Part shown: positions 1-8,718 of the stretch, one piece after another
Layout of the letters: the number at the start of each line of letters is the position of its first letter
Position numbering within the stretch: the stretch's first letter is position 1
From: an uncultured archaeon
GTDB taxonomy: Archaea > Thermoplasmatota > Thermoplasmata > Thermoplasmatales > Thermoplasmataceae
DNA length: 64,000 bases
Assembly: GCA_000965745.1 (NCBI GenBank)
Contig: CP009479.1
Location: 608,001 to 672,000, forward strand
Reading direction: 5' to 3'
Position numbers and translations under genes: made by a program
Notes under the pieces: generated by a model
Database searches by the model: none
Seen by the model: only the letters and a program-made list of their open reading frames with translations
What the model was told of the DNA's origin: nothing

Positions 1-1002
1 TTGCTGTCCTTTCTTGCGCTTCCAAACTCTCTCATCTAGTATTTCGAAGAACTTATCTCTGATTGGCATAAAACCATAGGTAGTGAAGAACGGAGCAATG
101 TTCCAAACAGAATCGAACGAAGGAGTCAGTGCCTCTCTCAGCTTGTAAATGTCGCTTCTTATCTCGTCATCGTTTCTAGCCAGGATGTGCATTACAAGAT
201 CTATATCTCCTTCCGTCGCAGCGGCAAACTGCACCATCGGTTGCTTTTCCAAGGTCTCTTTCATCTCGTCTCTATTTGGTCTGTGAGGATAGTCTTCCGT
301 GAACTTTACAAACGCAATGTAGCTCAGGTATCCAAGCTTGTTTATGTCAAGTTCTGCGGTGTATCTCAGCCTGAACTTTTTATCGACATCGTTTAGAAGC
401 TTTCGTGCATTCTTCATGCTTGTACCTGCAATCTCTGCGAAGTGTTTTGTCGTGATCCGCCCGTTCATGGAGAGTGCCATCAAGGCTTTTCTCTCTTTAT
501 CAGAAGGAATCGGCAACTCAGGAAACCACTTTTCCCTGAGTCTTTCATACTTTCTCCCTTTGTATTGCGAAAGAAGCTTCTTCGCAAGGGCATATCCCGC
601 TTCGTAGCACTCTGGATCGAAGTCTCCCACTCTTGAAACAATCTGTCCTATCGCTTCGTCTATATTCGCACCTCGATCAATCAGAACTTTCGCTGAATTT
701 TCGTGCTCAAAGCACAAGGCCTCCGTGAGATACAATGTTCCATCATTCTCCTTGCCATTCGGGTCCATAGCGTAATGCGCAATCAGCCTGTCGACCGCCG
801 CACTCTCATCATTCATTAAAGCATCTTCCAACAGATCTTTCTTGGATTTCCAGTCTTCCCCATAGTACGCATCCTTCGCCTCGTCCAGTTCATGGTCAAG
901 ACTTGCAGTGTCCCTGAAGACCGCCTTTACAAGATCAAGAAGCTGGCACCCCTCAATCGGCTCATCGGGTTCAAAATGCCTTATTTTCCCCAAGCTCCGC
1001 AC
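1..1002 (-). CDS. Ankyrin-like repeat + Lrp/AsnC-type transcriptional regulator (runs off left edge; not in ORF track)
   Basis: Manual translation from GTG at 1002 is open to base 1. Contains DPNGKENDGTLYLTEALCFEHENSAKVLIDRGANID (ankyrin-like), then SDKERKALMALSMNGRITTKHFAEIAG (HTH) and YTAELDINKLGYLSYIAFVKF (Lrp linker/RAM). Confidence 0.7.
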   Translation of the reverse strand, partial: MRSLGKIRHFEPDEPIEGCQLLDLVKAVFRDTASLDHELDEAKDAYYGEDWKSKKDLLEDALMNDESAAVDRLIAHYAMDPNGKENDGTLYLTEALCFEHENSAKVLIDRGANIDEAIGQIVSRVGDFDPECYEAGYALAKKLLSQYKGRKYERLREKWFPELPIPSDKERKALMALSMNGRITTKHFAEIAGTSMKNARKLLNDVDKKFRLRYTAELDINKLGYLSYIAFVKFTEDYPHRPNRDEMKETLEKQPMVQFAAATEGDIDLVMHILARNDDEIRSDIYKLREALTPSFDSVWNIAPFFTTYGFMPIRDKFFEILDERVWKRKKGQQ

Positions 1003-1066
1003 CCTTCTATTATAGCCCTGCCTTCCAAATATTTATAACGTGCTATTTTTTCATTCCCCGGACACT

Positions 1067-1102
1067 GGTTAACCGCTAACCGTTATTCCAAGTGGGTTAA
1101 CC
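1067..1102. promoter_or_regulatory. GGTTAACC palindromes upstream of parA (candidate operator/centromere)
   Basis: GGTTAACC at 1067-1074 and 1095-1102, with a GCTAACC half-site between. The same core recurs at 2163-2172 just after the operon. Confidence 0.5.
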
Positions 1103-1134
1103 ATAAACTTATAACTCTTCGCTTACAAGCCTAA

Positions 1135-1890
1135 ATGATGATCATTTCAATCGCCAACCAGAAGGGAGGTTGCGGAAAGACGACGACCGCAGCGAACCTG
1201 GGAGCGTTGCTTGCGCAGAAGCACAAGGTTCTCCTGGTAGACGTCGATCCGCAGGGAAACCTGACCACACATTTTGGCATTAACAAAGCTGACCAGAAGC
1301 ATACGATATACGATGTGATGCTCAATGGCAGGATTGAGGAAGCAATCATTCGAAAGGACGGTGTGGACATCGTGCCCAGCACTATTGACCTTGCAGGCGC
1401 AGAGGTAGAGCTTTCAGGAAAAATAGGAAGAGAGTACATTCTAGACAACGAACTCAAGAGGATTGCTAGGAAATATGACTATGTTATCATAGATACGCCG
1501 CCCAGTCTGGGAATATTCACCATCAACTCGCTTGTTGCGTCAGATTATGTTCTGATACCAGTGCAGGCCGAGTTCTTCGCTTTAGAAGGATTGACACAAC
1601 TCATGAGAGTCGTAGAACTCGTGAACTCAAGGCTCTCAAGAAACCTGAAATTGCTTGGAATGCTCATAACGATGTTCAATTCCAGAACAAGATCGTCAAA
1701 GGAGATTCTTGAGGATGTCAGGAAACATTACTCGAAGAGCCTGCTTAAGACAGTTATACCCAGGAACGTGACCGTAACGGATTCCACCATGGCAGGTTCT
1801 CCTGTAGTGAGATATCGGAAAACCGCCCCCGCATCAAAGTCTTACGTTGCACTTGCAAAAGAAATTGAAAGAATGCTCAAGGTGAAATGA
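1135..1890 (+). CDS. parA: ParA/Soj family partition ATPase
   Basis: Deviant Walker A NQKGGCGKTTT, DVDPQGN, IIDTPPSLG, PVQAEFFALEG. Confidence 0.95.
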   Translation: MMIISIANQKGGCGKTTTAANLGALLAQKHKVLLVDVDPQGNLTTHFGINKADQKHTIYDVMLNGRIEEAIIRKDGVDIVPSTIDLAGAEVELSGKIGREYILDNELKRIARKYDYVIIDTPPSLGIFTINSLVASDYVLIPVQAEFFALEGLTQLMRVVELVNSRLSRNLKLLGMLITMFNSRTRSSKEILEDVRKHYSKSLLKTVIPRNVTVTDSTMAGSPVVRYRKTAPASKSYVALAKEIERMLKVK

Positions 1891-2162
1891 TGGCAGATAT
1901 CAAGAAGAGAGGTTTGGACAGCCTGATATCACAGAACTCACACTCTGATGCCGAGACGAATAGGCCAGAGGAGAGATTCATAAAGACGGTGGGCTTCAAA
2001 GTAACCGAGAAGCAGTACGAGACCTACAAAAGATACTCAAAGTACTTTGGTTCTGACGACCTTATTAAGAAATGGCGTTCTGATCTTGACAAGATAGAAC
2101 GGGAGAGGGGCAAGGACCTAGAAAGCGTGGAAACTGAAATCAGGAAACGGCTAACAAAGTAA
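1887..2162 (+). CDS. Small ParA partner (ParA-activating N-terminal peptide + probable ribbon-helix-helix)
   Basis: Overlaps the parA stop. KKRGLDSLI resembles the ParB N-terminal GRGLxALL peptide; TVGFKVTEKQY looks like an RHH beta strand. Confidence 0.65.
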   Translation: MMADIKKRGLDSLISQNSHSDAETNRPEERFIKTVGFKVTEKQYETYKRYSKYFGSDDLIKKWRSDLDKIERERGKDLESVETEIRKRLTK

Positions 2163-2172
2163 CGGTTAACCG
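2163..2172. promoter_or_regulatory. CGGTTAACCG palindrome directly after the par operon
   Basis: Perfect 10-bp palindrome abutting the stop codon, with the same core as the upstream sites. Confidence 0.45.
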
Positions 2173-2205
2173 AAAACCCCCTAAGTTCATAAAACTCAAA
2201 CTTGG

Positions 2206-2928
2206 TCATTTCATTAATGCACTTTGCCATCTCTTAAGAGCTTGTTCGAGTCGAAGTCTAAGAGCCTTATCATTCGTTTTTCTTGCTATATTCGTGACGA
2301 CCTGTTCAACGTCAGACTCGGTCGTGATAACACTACCTATGAGATTTCTTGTATTTGCTGACTTTGCCAACTCAACAAGTAATAGAAATTCTCTTTTGTT
2401 TTTTGCGATGACCTGGATTTCCGGGATCATGATTCTCACCTGACCGGGTAAGCTTGGAAAGGTAGCTTGAAGAGACAGACCCTCAGGTGTGTTCCAGAAG
2501 GCTCTTCTGAATTCCCTTTCCAAGTTGTAATTGGCTCTGGTACCCTTAAGAGTTCCTTCTAGACGGCTTTTCTCAATGATTTTTCTGCGTAAAAGACGTA
2601 TCTGCATGGGTAGAAGTGGATTGTTTGCGACTGGATCACCATGAACAGGTAAGTTATCAATCTGGAAATTTATTGTTTTAGCGAAATCTCGCAATGGCAT
2701 GGACCCCTTCAGTTGATTACATGCTAGACATGATGTCACATAGTTGATCATTTCGTCAGTGCCGTTTTCAGCTAAGGGTATCAGGTGATCTACTGTGATC
2801 TCCTCACGCGAAATCTTTTTTCCACAATATTGACAGGTAAAGTTATCTCTTGCGTATACTTCTTTTCTGACTTTCCACGGTATTCTATGCCTTCCAACTT
2901 TGTTTTTGTGCGTGAACCTGTCTTGCAT
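2206..2928 (-). CDS. HNH endonuclease with helical C-terminal extension
   Basis: RDNFTCQYCG...TVDHLIP...NYVTSCLACNQLKG. Confidence 0.9.
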   Translation of the reverse strand: MQDRFTHKNKVGRHRIPWKVRKEVYARDNFTCQYCGKKISREEITVDHLIPLAENGTDEMINYVTSCLACNQLKGSMPLRDFAKTINFQIDNLPVHGDPVANNPLLPMQIRLLRRKIIEKSRLEGTLKGTRANYNLEREFRRAFWNTPEGLSLQATFPSLPGQVRIMIPEIQVIAKNKREFLLLVELAKSANTRNLIGSVITTESDVEQVVTNIARKTNDKALRLRLEQALKRWQSALMK

Positions 2929-3009
2929 TTCCTGTACCCAAAACGAATCTGTCTTTTCACTTAAACCTTCATTTCACGTTTCTTTGGTAGCATAAGCATC
3001 TTGGTTTCC

Positions 3010-3094
3010 GTCACTAAACTTGTAATTTTAGTAACGCCACTAAACACTGGATTTTAATAACATATGCGTCCCTAAATTCTATGACTTAAATGAC
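3010..3094. promoter_or_regulatory. Candidate res site: three imperfect palindromic subsites upstream of the resolvase
   Basis: GTCACTAAA-N8-TTTAGTAAC (3010-3035), GCCACTAAA-N8-TTTAATAAC (3036-3061), GTCCCTAAA-N9-TTAAATGAC (3068-3094). Confidence 0.7.
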
Positions 3095-3695
3095 GCTCGC
3101 TTTTGCCTATGTTAGAGCCAGCACGCAGGAGGAGGTCAGGCAGGGCTCCAATGAGAGGCAGAAGGATGTAATCCGGCAGTACGCGGAACCCAGAAGATTT
3201 GAACTCGAATTCTTCGAAGACAGGGCAAAGTCAGGGAAGAACACCCAGAGACCGGACTTCGAGAGGATGCTGAAATCCCTTGATAAGAAACCCAAGGTGG
3301 TCATTGTGGCAAAGATAGACAGGTTTGCGCGATCACTTTCCGATCTCCTTAGAATGCTTGAGTTTCTGGGCCAGAATGGCATAGGATTCGTGAGCGTCAA
3401 TGACCCAGGCATTGATACCACCACACCCAATGGAAGGCTCCTGCTGCAAATTCTGGGCGCTTTCGCCGAATTTGAGAGGAATATGATCAATTCACGCACA
3501 AAGGCAGGAAGGGAACAAGCCATGAACAGGGGAGTCAAGTTCGGAAGACCTGCGCTAAAAACAAGGAATGGCAGCTTCATTGACAGACGAAAAGTTATCG
3601 AAATGAGACAGAAAGGCCTGTCCGCCAGAGCCATTGCAAAGTCCATGGAATGCTCTGTAACACCAATACTCAAAATACTAAAAGAAAATCTCTAA
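3090..3695 (+). CDS. Small serine recombinase (resolvase/invertase)
   Basis: YVRAST catalytic Ser, SGKNTQRP, KIDRFARS, AEFER, GVKFGRP, C-terminal HTH. Confidence 0.95.
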   Translation: MTLAFAYVRASTQEEVRQGSNERQKDVIRQYAEPRRFELEFFEDRAKSGKNTQRPDFERMLKSLDKKPKVVIVAKIDRFARSLSDLLRMLEFLGQNGIGFVSVNDPGIDTTTPNGRLLLQILGAFAEFERNMINSRTKAGREQAMNRGVKFGRPALKTRNGSFIDRRKVIEMRQKGLSARAIAKSMECSVTPILKILKENL

Positions 3696-3858
3696 TTCCA
3701 CGGGAAAGAGAGAGAGTCGCCGAACGCGTCAGCGTTCTTCTTATATAATATATACCTGATACAATGAACATTACATATTAAAAAAATGGAATTTTCCCTA
3801 ATTTTTAAAGCTTGAAACGAACAGAGAACTGGCCACTCGTTTTCTGACACTCTCTCTC
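3696..3858. other. Candidate Orc1/Cdc6-dependent replication origin
   Basis: ORB-like TTCCACGGGAAAGAGAGAGAG (3696-3716). Inverted repeat GAGAGAGAGT (3708-3717) / ACTCTCTCTC (3849-3858) flanks an AT-rich core directly upstream of cdc6. Confidence 0.45.
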
Positions 3859-3955
3859 AAAAGTCAATAACGACTGTTCTGCCACACTCAATGATTCGAC
3901 TCGTTCGTTACTTTTAATAATCTTACCAGTGAAGCATGATTGTGCAGGTGATCCA

Positions 3956-5041
3956 ATGGCAATGAAAGATCCCTATGCATTCTTCGACACCAAGGTAAAG
4001 CAGAGGGCAAAGGAGACCAGCAACATAAAGAATGCAATGCTCTTTGACATGGACTTCAAGCCAAACCAGATTCTAATCAGAAAGGAACTCGACAAGGTAA
4101 CGGATGACCTAGCTGATTATGTTAACCTGCACCTGCCGAGGCACATAATCATATACGGCTCCAAGGGCTCGGGCAAGACGCTCAGCGCCTTGATTATGGC
4201 CAGGGCCCTGAAAGAGAGCAAATCCGTGCCATATTACTACATAAACGTGAGGGAAAACCCAACCTCCATCAAAATATACCGCTATTTGACGAGGATTTCC
4301 AGCAGAGGTCATGACATCGACGAGGTGAAGAACAAATTCGACTCCCTGTTATCTGGAAAATCCATTGTCATACTGGACGAGGTTGATTTCCTGCAGGACT
4401 ATGACATCCTGTATCACATCACGAGACACACGAAAGCCAATCTTATCCTCTTGACTCAGAAAGTCTACTGGTACAAGGACATGAACGATGAGAGTGTTAA
4501 GAGTTCGCTTCAGCCGGACCACATAGTATTCCACGAGTACAACGCCGAAGAAATGCGAGAGATCCTGAAGATGAGGGCAGAGGAGGGCCTTAACAGATTT
4601 GACAAGGATGCCCTGGGGCTTCTCTCTGCCATGCTGGTAAGAGAATACAGAAGCGATGCAAGAATTGGAATCAAGGCGCTGGAAATCCTCGGAAGGATCA
4701 ATAAATGGACTGATGAAGCTGTGAGAGCAGCACTGAGACAGGCATATGTTGAAGTGGAAGGAGAAACCCTGAGGAATCTGGGTGACAGGGATTTAATCAT
4801 TCTCGCCTCCTTGATCAAGAATCAGGACACAAACAAGGCGTATACGGAAGTTACCAATGTCAATAACTTCCTGGTAAATGGGATGAGCAAGTCCACATTT
4901 TTCCAGAGCGTCAATTACCTTCAGAACCTTGGTCTTGTCACGCTGATAAAGAAGAAGATTGGTCGGTACTATACAATGGAATCGCAAATTTTATTATCCG
5001 ATGCGTCGATTGTATCTGTCGAGCTGAAAAAGAGGCTATAG
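3956..5041 (+). CDS. cdc6: Orc1/Cdc6-like AAA+ replication initiator (divergent, mobile-element type)
   Basis: Walker A GSKGSGKT, Walker B ILDEVD, YNAEEMREILKMRA, SDARIGI sensor, C-terminal wHTH. ATG 3956 follows a GGTGA SD. Confidence 0.85.
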   Translation: MAMKDPYAFFDTKVKQRAKETSNIKNAMLFDMDFKPNQILIRKELDKVTDDLADYVNLHLPRHIIIYGSKGSGKTLSALIMARALKESKSVPYYYINVRENPTSIKIYRYLTRISSRGHDIDEVKNKFDSLLSGKSIVILDEVDFLQDYDILYHITRHTKANLILLTQKVYWYKDMNDESVKSSLQPDHIVFHEYNAEEMREILKMRAEEGLNRFDKDALGLLSAMLVREYRSDARIGIKALEILGRINKWTDEAVRAALRQAYVEVEGETLRNLGDRDLIILASLIKNQDTNKAYTEVTNVNNFLVNGMSKSTFFQSVNYLQNLGLVTLIKKKIGRYYTMESQILLSDASIVSVELKKRL

Positions 5042-5042
5042 A

Positions 5043-8000
5043 ATGGAAAATGAGATTATCTTACGGGAAAATGTATATAAAAAAATTCTTACAATTGACG
5101 AAGCCAAAGGTGTTTACGAGCTATTCGGCACTTTGGGATTTCCCAAATCCGCAATACTGGACGCCTCTTCCAAAAGAAAAAAGTCCACATTCGAATTCAA
5201 GAAGGAAGATAATGAGAGGATTAAAGAAATATTCTCTGTGCTGAATCTGGATGAAAAACTCCCGGTTTTCCTTCTGGAAACAACTACATTGACGCCGTCT
5301 TTTATAAGGTCTGTCACAAATACATTTGACAAGCAGTATATTCAATACCTTCTTATTTTCACAGTTAAATACGATGATATCGTCTTTGTTTTCCCAGATA
5401 AGGAGAAGGTAGAGGCCGGGAAACACAAACTCAAACTGATCAAACTCAACGTTGACAAAGAAGACATAAAAACTAAGAAAATTTATTACAGCGTCATTGA
5501 GACTCTAGTGAATCTTAGATATGAAGATAAAGCAACTTGGAGAGACGTTTGGAGAAATTGGAAGAAAGCCTTCAGTGTAGAACGAGTGACAGAAGCCTTT
5601 TTTGACGATTACAAAGAGGTTTTCTTCAAATTAAGGAGCGAATTGCAGAAACAAAGGATTACCAGCAAAGAATCCCATGAATTTACCCTGCAATTCCTTA
5701 ACAGGATCATGTTTATTTATTTCATAACCAAGAAAGATTGGTTGGAAAAACCAAAGTTTGTTGATTGGTTATGGTCTACTTACAGGGGACTAGGCAAGTA
5801 CAACTCTAACGAATTTTATGAAAAATGGATCAAACAGGTATTCTTAAAAGCCTTCAATAATAGGGCGAATGAGATTGAGGGTTTGCCGGACGACGTGGTA
5901 AGGGTGATGTCCAGTGCACCCTACCTCAATGGTGGACTCTTCAGAGAAAACGGATTAGACAGCCTTAAGGTACTTATTACGGACAAGATGTTCCAGAAGA
6001 TTCTTGAATTCTTTGAATCGTACAATTTCACAATTAAAGAGGATATGCCATTAGAGTCAGAAGTTGCTGTAGACCCTCAGATGATCGGTTATGTATATGA
6101 GTCCCTAGCTAATGTTGCGGAGGAAATCTATGATAGGAACGATCTTGGTATCTTTTACACCCCCAGAGTTGAAGTAGATTTCATGTGCAGGAGGAGTATA
6201 GTTGAATTTTTGTCCAAAAACCTGTCAGAACTGCCAAAGGAAAAATTCTATCATCTCGTTTTTGACCCGGTTGAAGAGAGGGAAAGGATAGAAGGGTGGT
6301 TCACGAAGAATGAGCATTGGGGGAAACTTGAAGACACCCTGAATAATCTGTCAGTGGTTGACCCAGCATGTGGCTCAGGTGCCTTTTTAGTGGGTATGCT
6401 AAATGTTGTTTCTGACCTTTACAGGATGACCTACAAACACACTGGGAACAACAGTCTATCTGACTTTGCATTGAAGAACAGAGTGATTCAATATTCCTTG
6501 TATGGCGTGGACGTCATGCCCTGGGCAATTCATGCCGCCGAATTAAGACTCTGGCTTCAACTTATAGTAGAAACTGAGTTCAAAAAAGAAGATTTGAGAC
6601 AACACCCACTTTTGCCCAACTTGAATCTCAATTTGAGAGTCGGAGACTCTCTAGTTCAAGAGATAGGCGGTATTAGTTTCAATTTAAGAACTAACAACCT
6701 AAAGAATCACTTGAAGAGGAAGTTGGAGGACCTAAAACAGGAGAAAAGAAAGTACTTCGAAAACTCACCAACTGCGAAGTTTAAGACCCCGGAAGAGGTT
6801 AAGGAAGAAGAAGTCAGATTATTTGAAGAAATCATAGATGAAAGAGTTGAGAGTCTCGCAACCGACATACAAGTCTACGAACATAACATAAAAATGGCAA
6901 GGTCTCAGAAAACGCTTGCCGGAGAGCAAATAATAGATGAAAAGAAAGTTAAGGAGAACCAGGTTAGAATTGATTCAAATAATGATGAGATAAGAAAACT
7001 AATGGGTGTCAAAAGCCATTTAAGTGATCCTGAGAAGAAACCCTTTGTATGGGACATAGACTTTGCAGAGATTTTTGCAGACAAGGAAGGATTCGATATT
7101 GTCATCGGTAATCCACCCTACGTAACTAGAACTTATATCTCCCCCCCTAACAGATTGAAAAAGACGGTTACTAAAGAAGAAAGAGATGAATATAAGGACA
7201 AATTACTATTTTCTGTAAAGACGAGATTCCCAGTAGTTGACAATATAAGCAAGCAGAGTGACTATTATGTGTATTTCTATTTTCACGGATTAAGCCTCCT
7301 CAATGAAAATGGCACTTTTTGTTTTATAACTTCAAGTTCTTGGCTTGACGTACAGTACGGGAAAAATATGCAAGAGTTTCTGTGCAAGTTTGTTCCTATT
7401 TTGGCAATTTATGATAATCCTAAGAGAAGTTTTGCTCATGCTGATATAAACACCATAATAGCTCTTTTTGGGTCTCCCGTAATCACACAGAGATCATTGA
7501 ATGAGTGGATACCGGGAATGTCTGGAGGGAATAAGACTACTTGGCCAAGTATCAAAAATACTTGCAAATTTGTTATGTTTAAGAAACCTTTTGAGGAAGT
7601 ACTTTCATCTGAAAATCTCATAAGCATAGAGAAAGTTCAAGCAAGCCATTCGGGAATGGAGATGAGTCAATTAGCGAATGACGTAGTTAGTACCAACGAA
7701 TATAGGATATTTCCCATTAAACAAGAGGATCTCCTAAAAGATGGGTGGGAATATCCAGAGGATACTAAGAAAGATGTGTTCAAATCTGGCAATTATGAAG
7801 GCAATAAATGGGGTGGAAAATTCCTTAGGGCTCCTGACGTATTTTATCACAAGATAATAACAAAACTCAACTCTAGAATAAACGACAAAGCAAGAGTAAC
7901 CTTAGGCCTTACGTCAGGTTATAACCCGTTCTTTTACATAAAAAAGAACGAAATATCCAAGTTTGGGATTGAGCCAGAATTTCTAGAAGAATTAATTAAA

Positions 8001-8717
8001 TCTCCGAAAGACTGTAAAACCTTTGTTTTGAGTAAAAACTCATCTTTATGGTATGTATTGAATATTGAAAAGAGTAAAAATGAGCTCGCAGGAACAAATG
8101 TTCTTAAATACATCCTTGAAGGGGAAAAGGAGAGAATACATAAGAGGCCGTATTTCGATAACAAGGGCAAGGATAAATGGTACAAACTCAACATGATAAG
8201 TGCGACTTTGGTACAACCATACGATGTTAACATAAGGCATTTTACTGCGTTCAACAGCACTGGTGCTTGTGTTGACAAAAGACTAGTTTGTATTAATCCC
8301 GAAAAGAAATACGAGAAGGTTTTTTGGGCATATTTAAACTCGATAATTGGGATGTTGATGAAGGAGCTTTTTGGTAAGTCTTCCTTAGGAGAAGGGGCGC
8401 TGGATAACTCTGTAAAGGACGTTGAAAGAATTCCATTTTTCTCCAACAGTTTATTCAATAAGAGCGAATTGAAAATAGACGAGCTAATTAAGTCCTTAGG
8501 CAGAAGACAAATTATGACTGTTTTTGAAGAAGTAGGTATAGATCAATCAAAACCAATAAGAGAGCAAGAACCTAACCCTCTCCCCGATAGGGCAGAGCTT
8601 GACAACATTATATTCGATGAATTGGGACTGACTCAGGATGAGAGGAAGGAAGTGTACTGGTCAGTTTGCGAGTTAGTGAAGCAGAGAATAGACAAAGCCA
8701 GAAGCCTGAGGGATTAG
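5043..8717 (+). CDS. Large N6-adenine DNA methyltransferase with TRD (Eco57I/type IIG-like)
   Basis: YLNGGLF, GIFYTP, DPACGSGAF (motif I), GNPPY (motif IV). Confidence 0.9.
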   Translation: MENEIILRENVYKKILTIDEAKGVYELFGTLGFPKSAILDASSKRKKSTFEFKKEDNERIKEIFSVLNLDEKLPVFLLETTTLTPSFIRSVTNTFDKQYIQYLLIFTVKYDDIVFVFPDKEKVEAGKHKLKLIKLNVDKEDIKTKKIYYSVIETLVNLRYEDKATWRDVWRNWKKAFSVERVTEAFFDDYKEVFFKLRSELQKQRITSKESHEFTLQFLNRIMFIYFITKKDWLEKPKFVDWLWSTYRGLGKYNSNEFYEKWIKQVFLKAFNNRANEIEGLPDDVVRVMSSAPYLNGGLFRENGLDSLKVLITDKMFQKILEFFESYNFTIKEDMPLESEVAVDPQMIGYVYESLANVAEEIYDRNDLGIFYTPRVEVDFMCRRSIVEFLSKNLSELPKEKFYHLVFDPVEERERIEGWFTKNEHWGKLEDTLNNLSVVDPACGSGAFLVGMLNVVSDLYRMTYKHTGNNSLSDFALKNRVIQYSLYGVDVMPWAIHAAELRLWLQLIVETEFKKEDLRQHPLLPNLNLNLRVGDSLVQEIGGISFNLRTNNLKNHLKRKLEDLKQEKRKYFENSPTAKFKTPEEVKEEEVRLFEEIIDERVESLATDIQVYEHNIKMARSQKTLAGEQIIDEKKVKENQVRIDSNNDEIRKLMGVKSHLSDPEKKPFVWDIDFAEIFADKEGFDIVIGNPPYVTRTYISPPNRLKKTVTKEERDEYKDKLLFSVKTRFPVVDNISKQSDYYVYFYFHGLSLLNENGTFCFITSSSWLDVQYGKNMQEFLCKFVPILAIYDNPKRSFAHADINTIIALFGSPVITQRSLNEWIPGMSGGNKTTWPSIKNTCKFVMFKKPFEEVLSSENLISIEKVQASHSGMEMSQLANDVVSTNEYRIFPIKQEDLLKDGWEYPEDTKKDVFKSGNYEGNKWGGKFLRAPDVFYHKIITKLNSRINDKARVTLGLTSGYNPFFYIKKNEISKFGIEPEFLEELIKSPKDCKTFVLSKNSSLWYVLNIEKSKNELAGTNVLKYILEGEKERIHKRPYFDNKGKDKWYKLNMISATLVQPYDVNIRHFTAFNSTGACVDKRLVCINPEKKYEKVFWAYLNSIIGMLMKELFGKSSLGEGALDNSVKDVERIPFFSNSLFNKSELKIDELIKSLGRRQIMTVFEEVGIDQSKPIREQEPNPLPDRAELDNIIFDELGLTQDERKEVYWSVCELVKQRIDKARSLRD

Positions 8718-8718
8718 A

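Noticed and set aside
187-636. Plus-strand ORFs in the track, and most short antisense ORFs throughout the window
   Set aside because: They are shadows of longer opposite-strand genes with clear motifs.
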